Below the pieces are notes generated by a model. The model searched no databases. It had not been told where the DNA came from and saw only the letters and a program-made list of their open reading frames with translations. From an uncultured Pseudomonadota bacterium (GTDB lineage: Bacteria > Pseudomonadota > Alphaproteobacteria > RF32 > CAG-239), in the NCBI GenBank assembly GCA_949292375.1, contig CASEZG010000005.1:4546-68545 (forward strand): 64,000 nt of DNA, read 5' to 3'. How positions within the stretch are numbered: position 1 is the first letter of the stretch; every line of letters starts with the position of its first letter. This document shows positions 9,680 through 18,541 of the stretch, in pieces. Both the position numbers and the translations under genes were made by a program.

Positions 9680-10627
9680 ATGAACAATATCTATGAACCC
9701 AATGAGCAAAATCTAAATCTTGCAGCCCAAACCATCAAGAACGGGGGTTTAGTTGCCATGCCAACCGAAACCGTTTATGGTTTAGGAGCCAATGTTTATA
9801 TCGCTTCTGCAGTTGCCAAAATTTTTGAGGCTAAACAACGTCCTTTTTTTGACCCGCTGATTTCACATATTGCCGAAATTGATTTTCTAAAAACTTATGC
9901 CCAAACAGATGAACGAATTATCTCTCTGGCACAAAAATTTTGGCCGGGACCTTTAACCATGGTTCTAAAGCGCACGGACAACAATGCTGCCATAGATTTA
10001 GCTTGTTCAGGCTTGCCCAATATTGCAGTCAGGATGCCGTCGCACCCAGTAGCCCTAAGCCTGATAAAGAAAAGCGGTGTACCTATTGTAGCCCCTTCTG
10101 CTAACAAATTCAAATCCATCAGCCCCACCACCGCCCAACATGTTTTTGACAGCCTTGGCGAAAGAGTTGATATGATTTTAGACGGCGGAGCTTGCTCTGT
10201 CGGCGTCGAATCCACTATTATAGATGTTACGGGAAAAAATATTGTCATTTTGCGCGCCGGCGGAACCTCAAAAGAAGACCTTGAAAAATTCTTAAACGAA
10301 AAAGTTTTCCTCTCTGACGGCGATCCCAACAAGCCGAGTGCCCCCGGACAACTGCTTAAGCATTATGCCCCGGAGCATCCCCTGCGCATTAATGCGGCCA
10401 CTCGTCAACCCGGAGAATTTTTTATCGGCTTTGGCAAAATTGCCGATTGCGACCTCAACCTAAGCCCAAATGGCGACTTATGCGAAGCTGCAGCCAATCT
10501 TTTTGCCTTTTTAAGAGAGGCGGATCAAAAAAAAGACTACAAAGGCTTAGCTATATCCCCCATACCGGAAACAGGCTTAGGATTAGCCATCAACGACCGC
10601 ATTCGTCGAGCCTCATATAAGGCTTAA
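9680..10627 (+). CDS. L-threonylcarbamoyladenylate synthase (Sua5/TsaC family, long form)
   Basis: YrdC-domain motif PTETVYGLGAN and SANKF, plus a C-terminal Sua5 extension. The ORF is 315 aa. Confidence 0.9.
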   Translation: MNNIYEPNEQNLNLAAQTIKNGGLVAMPTETVYGLGANVYIASAVAKIFEAKQRPFFDPLISHIAEIDFLKTYAQTDERIISLAQKFWPGPLTMVLKRTDNNAAIDLACSGLPNIAVRMPSHPVALSLIKKSGVPIVAPSANKFKSISPTTAQHVFDSLGERVDMILDGGACSVGVESTIIDVTGKNIVILRAGGTSKEDLEKFLNEKVFLSDGDPNKPSAPGQLLKHYAPEHPLRINAATRQPGEFFIGFGKIADCDLNLSPNGDLCEAAANLFAFLREADQKKDYKGLAISPIPETGLGLAINDRIRRASYKA

Positions 10628-10640
10628 AAAGGATAATACC

Positions 10641-11393
10641 ATGCCTGACTTTTCTGAAGATTATTTGTTGGATAAACAAGTCAAAATTTTTCAGCCCCTT
10701 GACGGTTACAGAGCCTCAACCGACGCCGTAATTTTATCTTCACTGATTTCAGAACTCAAAAGTAGCTCAACCATTCTGGATGTAGGCTCCGGCACCGGCG
10801 CAATTTCCTTATGTTTAGCGGAAAGGTTTAAAGATATTAAACCCAAGATTACCGGACTTGAACTACAACCGGAGTTGGTAAAGCTCTCCAATCAAAGTGC
10901 CGAAGCCAATGGTTTTTCTGATTTTCTTACCTTCATCAACGCCAATATTGCAGATAAAAAAAACTGCCCCGAACCATGCTCTTTCTCACATGTCATAACC
11001 AACCCTCCTTATTCTGAACATGACATGCCCTCACCTAATGTAAGCAAAGCATTCGCCCATAATGGAAAAGATTTTAAGCTTTCCGAATGGATTGCTTTTT
11101 GCATCAAAATGTTGCGCCCGCAAGGCTATTTTTATCTGATAAATCGAGCAGAAGCACTTCCGGAAATTATGTCTTGCTTATATGGAAAGATGGGCGCAAT
11201 AAATATCATCCCGCTATATTCAAAAAGCAATCAAAATGCTAAAAGAGTAATGATTTGTGCACGCAAAGACTCAAAAGCAGCTGCCGTCATCCGACAAGGC
11301 CTCACCATCCATAACCCTGACGGAAGCTACAACCAAACCGCACACAAAATCCTACGGATTGGGCTCTCCCTAGACAATGCTTTGCATGACTAA
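10641..11393 (+). CDS. SAM-dependent N6-adenine methyltransferase (tRNA m6A37 TrmN6/YfiC-like)
   Basis: SAM-binding ILDVGSGTGAISL and catalytic VITNPPYS (NPPY) motifs. Confidence 0.75.
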   Translation: MPDFSEDYLLDKQVKIFQPLDGYRASTDAVILSSLISELKSSSTILDVGSGTGAISLCLAERFKDIKPKITGLELQPELVKLSNQSAEANGFSDFLTFINANIADKKNCPEPCSFSHVITNPPYSEHDMPSPNVSKAFAHNGKDFKLSEWIAFCIKMLRPQGYFYLINRAEALPEIMSCLYGKMGAINIIPLYSKSNQNAKRVMICARKDSKAAAVIRQGLTIHNPDGSYNQTAHKILRIGLSLDNALHD

Positions 11394-12520
11394 GCACCAA
11401 AAACAACTACCCGATTACCACCGTCATGTTGAGCTTTCTGAATAGATAAAATCGCTTGCTCAACCAATTTTTTTGCTGAAGTTGCCGGATCCGGAAAAAT
11501 ACTAACTCCAATACTTGCATCCAGATGATGCTCCGTAAAATTATCCGCCACAGGCTCATCCAAAGCAGCCTTAACACGTTTAATTTCGACATCAAGATTT
11601 TCCATATTATCCACACCGGTTATTAAAATCCAAAACTGATATTTTAAACCTGTTGCAATTGTGAATGTTTTTTTCAAGCCCAAAAGCAGTCTTTCAGAAA
11701 TCTTACGCAAAATAAAATCCGCGATACCCAAATTCTTAAAAGCATTTAGATTATCAATCGAAACACCAATCAGCGCAATCATATTTTTTCTTTGCCGAAC
11801 ATCTTTATAATTTTCTGCATTAACGGCCATTTGCACGCGATCTTCCAGCAAATAAAAGTTGGGCAAACCGGTCAGTTCATCATACAAACCTGAAACCAAA
11901 TTAATTTTGGTAACAATTTTGCTTCCGATAAGAATAAAAGCAAAATGTTGGTTATCTGGTAAATAAACCGCATCAAAATTCATTCTTTGCACTTTATTAT
12001 CTGCCAACTTCAAGCGCACCATCAAATTTTTATCATTTGTCAGCATTTCACCAATATTTTCAGCCAACAAATTCCAATCTTCCTTAACCACAAATTTAAG
12101 AAAATTTTTTCCCAAAACATCTTCTTCGGCAGAAACACCCAGTATTTTTAAGAAAGTCTTGTTTGCATATTCAATTTTGTCATCCCTAACAATAACAAAA
12201 GAGCGCTCAGAGTTTTTAAAAACCTTGTTAATAACATCTTTAAGATGCACATCAGAATTTTCAATAAAATCCTGAACTTCAAAATCATCATTATCTTCAC
12301 TTACCGAAGCTCTGCTCTGCTTAATCGTCTTAAAATTTGGAATATCACTCAAACTTTCCAAAGAATCTAAATCTACATTAAAATTTTTAGCCGAATTCAA
12401 AATTTCTAAATCAACACTAGACGTTTTTTTGTCACTAACGCCCTCCAAGAAATTAAGCGTATCTTTATCAAAGACTAAATTACGATTAGCTTCAGTCATT
12501 TCAAAATCCCAAAAAAACAA
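11390..12520 (-). CDS. PAS domain protein with a degenerate GGDEF domain
   Basis: PAS-like segment (IEYANKTFLKILGVSAEEDVLGKNF). GGDEF-fold landmarks are present (DELTGLPN..., SIGVSIFP..., KAQHDGGNRVV), but the GG(D/E)EF position reads LKYQF. Confidence 0.7.
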   Translation of the reverse strand: MFFWDFEMTEANRNLVFDKDTLNFLEGVSDKKTSSVDLEILNSAKNFNVDLDSLESLSDIPNFKTIKQSRASVSEDNDDFEVQDFIENSDVHLKDVINKVFKNSERSFVIVRDDKIEYANKTFLKILGVSAEEDVLGKNFLKFVVKEDWNLLAENIGEMLTNDKNLMVRLKLADNKVQRMNFDAVYLPDNQHFAFILIGSKIVTKINLVSGLYDELTGLPNFYLLEDRVQMAVNAENYKDVRQRKNMIALIGVSIDNLNAFKNLGIADFILRKISERLLLGLKKTFTIATGLKYQFWILITGVDNMENLDVEIKRVKAALDEPVADNFTEHHLDASIGVSIFPDPATSAKKLVEQAILSIQKAQHDGGNRVVVFGA

Positions 12521-12659
12521 ACAATTTCAGCATATTTTAAATGAATATTTCCAAAAAACAATCAAATAATTACATTTGTATACCCAAAAATTTGCTCTTT
12601 ATTAACTTTAATCTCATAATATAAAAAAAATTAAGTTAATAAAATCGGATACTAAAACC

Positions 12660-14693
12660 ATGGCAGAAGAAGAAAACGAAGCCCCGGAAGTTGCCCCTCA
12701 ACCAGAAGCAGAAAGCGGTAACGAGATTGGTGCAAACAAATATTTGGTCAAAGAAAGATTTGAGATAGATTACTCTCAACCTTTGCCCTGGCTTGATAAC
12801 AACGGCGCAAAAGCTTATCGCGTTATAGACCGTATTGACACTAAACGTGGACTTTTTGCACTGCTTTGCAGCAACACAACCTGCCCCCGTTCAACTATTT
12901 TGCCATACATAAAATCCATTGAATGCCGTAGTCTGATGAAATTAGTAGAGTTCGGCATTGTTACTTGGCTGCCTGAAAAATCACGCAATCTTGCGCTCAT
13001 ATACAAAATGCCTCACGGAAAAGTTTTTGAAGGTGGCAAAACAACCCTTGATATTCAAAATTCTGAAAAATTCAAAAACACCTTAATCAGTCTTTTATCC
13101 GCCGTTGAAGCCTTAAAAAACTACAACATAACACACCGCGCCATTCGAGCAGATAACCTTTATTACGCTAATGCCGATAAAACAGAAATAATGCTTGGTG
13201 ATTGCTGCGCTTCTTTTCCGGCCTTTCATCAACCACCGGCATATGAAACCATCGAAAATATGCTCTCAATTCCGGAAGGAAGAGGAAACGGCAACGAAAA
13301 AAACGATATTTACTCAATCGGCGCACTCATGATGGCTCTATATCTCGGTCATGACCTTGGTTCGGATTTAAGCTCTCCAGAGTTATTACGCATAAAACTA
13401 AAAAAAGGAAGTTACCAAGCTCTCTTGGGTGAAGACAAAATCCCCAACCAAATCTCTCCCATCCTACGCCATCTTTTAAGTGACAATATAGATGCCCGCT
13501 TAAACTATATACAGGCTTATAACATTCTGGATGGAAAACCCAACAATTACACAGCTTCTGTCACATCAGACAGACCCAAAAGAACCATATCTTTCAATGG
13601 CGAAAAATTTTATAACACACGTGATTTTGCCATCGCCATAAGCTCAGCACCCGAAGAAGCCTATGAACTCATTCAATCCGGAAAACTTTTGGATTGGATA
13701 AAAAATGGTTTGGAAAATGAAAAACTTGCGGGAAAGATAGAAAAAGTCTTAACCACATCTCCCGAAGGAACAACTTCAATAGACATTATCATATCCAAAA
13801 TTTGCATTTTACTTGCGCCGGATTTACCATTAAAACTTCATAATCTATGCTTGTTTCCTGACGGAGCCCCCAAAGCAATATTTTATGCCTTACGCAATGG
13901 CTCGGATACCAAGCCTTTTCATGAACTTTTTGCGGCAGAACTTATCAAGCTCTGGTATCTGGAACAAGAACATATGCGCTCTCCGGCCAATACTGCCGAA
14001 TTCCGCATTTATATCAATCGCCAAGACATCGGTTATGGGTTGGATAGAATTATGTATGACTTTGACGATGATATCCCGTGCGTAAGCACCCTTTTAGGCG
14101 ATGAATTTGTCAACTCACCCACTCGTATTTTGCGAGCATTAGACAATACCTATGCCAAACAAATCGTTAAAAGTATGCCCTATGACCGCAACATAATTGC
14201 TTATTTACGTTGTAAAATGGGTAAAAAAATTGATGGTATCTTAACCGACTTAGCCACCAATAAAGACTATCTTCAAGCCAGCGCAATTCTGAGGCTTTAC
14301 ACCTCAATGCAAAACAAGTTCGGACCGGCTCAACTACCTCACTTATCTCAATGGTTAGCTAGTTCATCAATGGCAATTATTAAAAGTTATCATAACCTAA
14401 AATACCAAAAATTTTTGGAAAGAGAGCTGCTTAAAATCAACAAAAACGGCAAGCTTCATGAACTTTGTGATATTTTAGAAGATGAGGAAGCTCGCAACAA
14501 AGACAAGGCCAATTATGCCAAAGCTGTAAGCGACATAAACTTCTTACTCTCTGAAAAAAACAAGCTTCTCAACAATAGCTCCAAACTAGATGATGACGCA
14601 CGTAAACTTGCCATCAGATTTACTTCTATCTTAGCAATTATGGTAATGTTAGCGTCATTTCTCTTCAATCTTATCATGTGGGTATTGCAATGA
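12660..14693 (+). CDS. Hanks-type protein-kinase-like protein, probably a pseudokinase, with a C-terminal TM anchor
   Basis: The catalytic-loop region reads HRAIRADN (canonical HRDxKxxN), the DFG position reads GDC, and the downstream DIYSIGAL motif is conserved. The C-terminal hydrophobic segment is ILAIMVMLASFLFNLIMWVL. Confidence 0.6.
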   Translation: MAEEENEAPEVAPQPEAESGNEIGANKYLVKERFEIDYSQPLPWLDNNGAKAYRVIDRIDTKRGLFALLCSNTTCPRSTILPYIKSIECRSLMKLVEFGIVTWLPEKSRNLALIYKMPHGKVFEGGKTTLDIQNSEKFKNTLISLLSAVEALKNYNITHRAIRADNLYYANADKTEIMLGDCCASFPAFHQPPAYETIENMLSIPEGRGNGNEKNDIYSIGALMMALYLGHDLGSDLSSPELLRIKLKKGSYQALLGEDKIPNQISPILRHLLSDNIDARLNYIQAYNILDGKPNNYTASVTSDRPKRTISFNGEKFYNTRDFAIAISSAPEEAYELIQSGKLLDWIKNGLENEKLAGKIEKVLTTSPEGTTSIDIIISKICILLAPDLPLKLHNLCLFPDGAPKAIFYALRNGSDTKPFHELFAAELIKLWYLEQEHMRSPANTAEFRIYINRQDIGYGLDRIMYDFDDDIPCVSTLLGDEFVNSPTRILRALDNTYAKQIVKSMPYDRNIIAYLRCKMGKKIDGILTDLATNKDYLQASAILRLYTSMQNKFGPAQLPHLSQWLASSSMAIIKSYHNLKYQKFLERELLKINKNGKLHELCDILEDEEARNKDKANYAKAVSDINFLLSEKNKLLNNSSKLDDDARKLAIRFTSILAIMVMLASFLFNLIMWVLQ

Positions 14694-15187
14694 AAAAAGA
14701 AAAAGAAAAAGAAACAGAAAAAAAACCTCTCGCTAACCTAAAAAAATCATACCGCAAATTATCCATTGCGCAAAAGATGCTGTTATTTATCGGACTAATG
14801 TTCATTGTCATCAGCACTCTTCCTGCCGTCATGGTTCTTATTATCGGTCTATTGCCTACCTTCACAATTTTGATTACGGATCCCAAAAACACGGATAAAT
14901 TAGTAATCATCGGAAGTTTTAATTTAGCCGGCGTATTTATTTACCTCATGAGCATCATAAATAGCTTCACAATACACAATGCGTTTTTTATCGTCGGAGA
15001 TATTTTTAACCTGATAATAATGCTCGGATCTGCAGGATTAGGCTTAGTCGCTTACTACGAAATTCCGAACTTATTTATTTTTATAAGTAAAGCTTCCGCT
15101 CAAAAACGCCTAAAAAATATAGACACAAAATTGGCTCATCTTGCTGAAGATTGGGGAACTGATTTAATAGACCGCCAACATAACTAA
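14690..15187 (+). CDS. Polytopic small membrane protein
   Basis: The ATG at 14690 overlaps the TGA of the kinase-like gene (ATGA). There are about 4 hydrophobic helices. I recognise no family. Confidence 0.55.
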   Translation: MKKEKEKETEKKPLANLKKSYRKLSIAQKMLLFIGLMFIVISTLPAVMVLIIGLLPTFTILITDPKNTDKLVIIGSFNLAGVFIYLMSIINSFTIHNAFFIVGDIFNLIIMLGSAGLGLVAYYEIPNLFIFISKASAQKRLKNIDTKLAHLAEDWGTDLIDRQHN

Positions 15188-15214
15188 AAAAACTCCCGAA
15201 TGGGAGTTTTTTTT
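15186..15214. terminator. Bidirectional hairpin terminator
   Basis: Stem actccc (15192-15197) pairs with gggagt (15202-15207), flanked by an A-run and a T-run. It sits between the convergent gene 14690-15187 and rpoH. Confidence 0.6.
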
Positions 15215-16082
15215 ATGCTGCAATCAATTTTCTGATTTTCTTTATTGAATTAAGTTCAATCTGACGCACACGCTCTTTTGAAATCGAATAAGCTTTACTC
15301 AAATCATCCAGTGTGACAGTTTTTTCAGCCAAACGCCTTTTAAATAAAATATCTTTTTCTCTTTGATTCAAACAAACCAATGCGCTCTGAAATAATTTAC
15401 GTCGATATCGCATTGTTTCGCTATAGGCCAAAACATCTTCCTGATTAGGCTTCGTATCCGAAATAAAATCAATCCACTCCGATCCTTGTTCTGCAGACAC
15501 ATCCAACACCGAATTAAGTGAACCATCATGAGAGCCAAGCCGCATATTCATATCCGTCACTTCCTGAACACTTACATCCAAAGAAGAGGCAATATTTCCG
15601 AGCACATCCAAAGAAAGCTCTCTATCATCAATCAAATTAAGCTTATTCTTAATTTTACGTAAGTTAAAAAAAAGTTTTTTTTGAGCCGCCGTTGTACCAA
15701 TTTTGACCAAAGACCAAGAGCTTAAAATATATTTTTGAACCGAAGCCTTAATCCACCATAAAGCATAGGTTGAAAAACGAAATCCTTTATCCGGGTCAAA
15801 TTTATCAACAGCATACAACAAACCGATATTCCCTTCCGAAATCATCTCACCCACCGGTAAGCCATAACCTCTGTACTTAGAAACAACCTTAACCACCAAA
15901 CGAAGATGCGAAGTCACTAATTTATAAGCAATTTTTTCATTTTTTGTTTGCTTATATTCCTTTGCCAAGCGAAATTCTTCCTCTTGCTCCAAAATCGGAA
16001 ATTTGCGAATACTTTGCAAATAACGAGCCAAATTGAGCTCCGGCGAAAAGTCCAGTCCATTAAGAGCGATAGTTCCGTCCAT
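15213..16082 (-). CDS. rpoH: RNA polymerase sigma-32 (heat-shock sigma factor)
   Basis: Sigma70 regions 2-4 plus an RpoH-box-like AQKKLFFNLRKIK. The ORF is 289 aa. Confidence 0.9.
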   Translation of the reverse strand: MDGTIALNGLDFSPELNLARYLQSIRKFPILEQEEEFRLAKEYKQTKNEKIAYKLVTSHLRLVVKVVSKYRGYGLPVGEMISEGNIGLLYAVDKFDPDKGFRFSTYALWWIKASVQKYILSSWSLVKIGTTAAQKKLFFNLRKIKNKLNLIDDRELSLDVLGNIASSLDVSVQEVTDMNMRLGSHDGSLNSVLDVSAEQGSEWIDFISDTKPNQEDVLAYSETMRYRRKLFQSALVCLNQREKDILFKRRLAEKTVTLDDLSKAYSISKERVRQIELNSIKKIRKLIAA

Positions 16083-16144
16083 AAGGTTTCTCCTCTTTAA
16101 CTGTTGACTTTTTTACGTTAAATAAGCCAAAACTAAAATACAAC

Positions 16145-17146
16145 CTATTCTTTAGTTTTAAGAGAGAACTCTCGTCGTAGTTTGGCTAAAAGATTTTGAA
16201 TATCATCAGGAAAATCAGAAAAAAATTGTAACTTTTTACCGCTTCTGGGATGGATGAAGCCAAGAGAAGCCGCATGTAAAGCCTGCCTTGGAAAATGATT
16301 AACCAATTCCATAGTCTCGTTATCTAAACCTTTGAGTGAAGTTTTTTTACTTTTAACATACAATTGGTCCCCGACAAGATTACAACCGATAGAGGCCATA
16401 TGCACTCTGATTTGATGCGTGCGTCCCGTCTCCAAATTGCATTGTACCAACGCCGCCGCTCCGTTAAAATTCTCCAAAGTTTTATAATTCGTGGCGGCAA
16501 ACTTTCCGCCATTTTCCAAAATGGCCATTTTTTTACGGTCAAAACGGCTTCTTCCGATGTTTTTTTCAATTCTGCCGGAAAGAGGATTAGGCAAGCCGTA
16601 AACAACGGCATAATATGTTCTCTCAATTGAATGTTCGAAAAACTGCGCACATAAACCCTGATGCGCCAAATCATTTTTGGCCACCACCAACAAACCGCTC
16701 GTATCTTTATCAATTCTATGAACAATTCCGGGACGTTTTACACCGCCGATACCGGACAAATTATCTCGACAATGATACAAGAGAGCATTAACCAAAGTTC
16801 CGCTATAAGCTCCCGGAGCTGGATGCACTGTCACCCCCGCGGGTTTGTTAACGACCAACAAATCTTCATCTTCAAAAACAACATCTAAGGGAATATTTTC
16901 AGGCTCTGGCTCAGCGTCTGTAGCTTCGGGAATAAATATTTGATAAACATCACCCACCCGCACCTTAAAAGAATTATCTGCGATTGTAGCATCATCACAT
17001 ACAACATTTCCGCTCACAATAAGTCTTTGTGCCTGAGAACGGGACAAGCTTGGCATCACCTTTGCTAAAAACTTATCCAATCTTTCAGCTTTTTCAGCCT
17101 CACCGACCGGCTGTGTATAAAAAATATTATCGAAGTTGTCATTCAT
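16145..17146 (-). CDS. rluD: 23S rRNA pseudouridine synthase, RluD/RluA family
   Basis: N-terminal S4 domain (ERLDKFLA) and catalytic HRIDKDTSGLLVVAK motif. Confidence 0.9.
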   Translation of the reverse strand: MNDNFDNIFYTQPVGEAEKAERLDKFLAKVMPSLSRSQAQRLIVSGNVVCDDATIADNSFKVRVGDVYQIFIPEATDAEPEPENIPLDVVFEDEDLLVVNKPAGVTVHPAPGAYSGTLVNALLYHCRDNLSGIGGVKRPGIVHRIDKDTSGLLVVAKNDLAHQGLCAQFFEHSIERTYYAVVYGLPNPLSGRIEKNIGRSRFDRKKMAILENGGKFAATNYKTLENFNGAAALVQCNLETGRTHQIRVHMASIGCNLVGDQLYVKSKKTSLKGLDNETMELVNHFPRQALHAASLGFIHPRSGKKLQFFSDFPDDIQNLLAKLRREFSLKTKE

Positions 17147-17233
17147 ATTTGCGCAAACAAAAAATTTACGATATAGTTACCAATTAGGAGTTAGGATATA
17201 AGAATTAAGATTATTTGGCAAGGATAGATTCGC

Positions 17234-17521
17234 ATGGATAAATTAAAACTGGTTAAAACAATTGTTTTTATACTGACATTTCTGCTTGTCTTTGGGAGTC
17301 TAATGCTTATCGGAACATTATTCAAAAAAACGCATTCCGCGCCAAAAATTCCCGAAGAAATTAGCCTAAATGAACCAATCGGCAGCAGCCTGACAGAAAC
17401 ACACATTAACGACAATCTTCTTTTCTTAAGCATTGCCGATGGTGGCAAATCGGACCGCATAATCATTTTTGACACGATATCCGGTCATAAAGTTTCAACA
17501 ATATATCTGAATCAGAGGTAA
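17234..17521 (+). CDS. Small membrane-anchored protein (95 aa)
   Basis: N-terminal TM helix (IVFILTFLLVFGSLMLIGTLF). The stop codon lies 2 nt before the next start codon. Confidence 0.5.
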   Translation: MDKLKLVKTIVFILTFLLVFGSLMLIGTLFKKTHSAPKIPEEISLNEPIGSSLTETHINDNLLFLSIADGGKSDRIIIFDTISGHKVSTIYLNQR

Positions 17522-17523
17522 CC

Positions 17524-18462
17524 ATGAGCGAAAACGCCCTTAACGAAAATCCGGCAGATGAAACCAACAAAACAAACACAACTTCCGCTCAAAACACAAA
17601 AAGTTATGAGGAAGAAATTGCTGAAGACGATGAGTTTGAACGCTTGCTGAACCAATTCATCAGTGCCGAATTGGAAGATATAGATACAGGCATAGAAGAG
17701 CCTTCGCCACAAACGGCTAACACGCAACAACCAGCTCCACAACCTCAAGCCTCTGCAGCCCAAAAACCCGCCGCTCAACTTGGAAGCAACGAAACAGCTT
17801 TGTTTGAAGCATACAAAAACTTCTCAAACTCCATTGTTATGATGGCCAGTATGAACGACATTGCTGCTCCTGATTTCAAGATTAATGATTCATACCTCAT
17901 TCCCCACTACCGCAACAGAACCGGTTCCATTATTGCCGACGAAGCCCTACAAGGTTGGGAAATAATGTTTAAAATACACGCCAATGTTTTAGGCGGTTTA
18001 AATCCCAATGCTTCTGACGAAGATCTCTTAAGTTTTGCCGAACAATGCGAGGACGAAATTCTACAACTGGCCATAATCTCATACGTTGAAATCTTAATTG
18101 AAATGGAAGGCTGCGAGATAGCAATGGAAGAACGCCGCCTAAAAAGACAAAGAAAAAAGATAGAGAGAGAAATATACGAAGAACACCAACGACGTCTAGA
18201 ACGTAAACAACGCTATATTGATGCTATTAAGAAAAAAGATTTTCCCATAGACGCAGAACGCCTTGTAAATAACTATTTCAAAACAGCACAAAAAGACCCT
18301 GACGGAGCTTACCAAGTTCTGATAAATAATCCGGCAGTGTATGCCCCCATAGACACCTCAAAAATTAAGCCGCGTTTCTTTGGATTGATTAAGCCGACAC
18401 CGCAAGATGGCATCAGAATCAATCGTGAAATAGGTTCTTTTTTGAAAAAAGTAAAAGTTTAG
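17524..18462 (+). CDS. Hypothetical protein with an acidic, Q/P-rich N-terminus and a charged coiled-coil-like centre
   Basis: 312-aa ORF that is tightly linked to its neighbours. I recognise no family. Confidence 0.55.
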   Translation: MSENALNENPADETNKTNTTSAQNTKSYEEEIAEDDEFERLLNQFISAELEDIDTGIEEPSPQTANTQQPAPQPQASAAQKPAAQLGSNETALFEAYKNFSNSIVMMASMNDIAAPDFKINDSYLIPHYRNRTGSIIADEALQGWEIMFKIHANVLGGLNPNASDEDLLSFAEQCEDEILQLAIISYVEILIEMEGCEIAMEERRLKRQRKKIEREIYEEHQRRLERKQRYIDAIKKKDFPIDAERLVNNYFKTAQKDPDGAYQVLINNPAVYAPIDTSKIKPRFFGLIKPTPQDGIRINREIGSFLKKVKV

Positions 18463-18541
18463 CGAAAATATAATAAATATAGACAAAAAAGATTTTTAAT
18501 GTTAGAATAAAAACAATTAAAAGACTGATAGGATTAAAGCA

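Noticed and set aside
9895-10332. A 145-aa minus-strand ORF inside the Sua5/TsaC gene.
   Set aside because: It is antisense to a well-supported CDS. Its composition is low-complexity (Ser/Pro/Ala-rich), which is typical of shadow frames.
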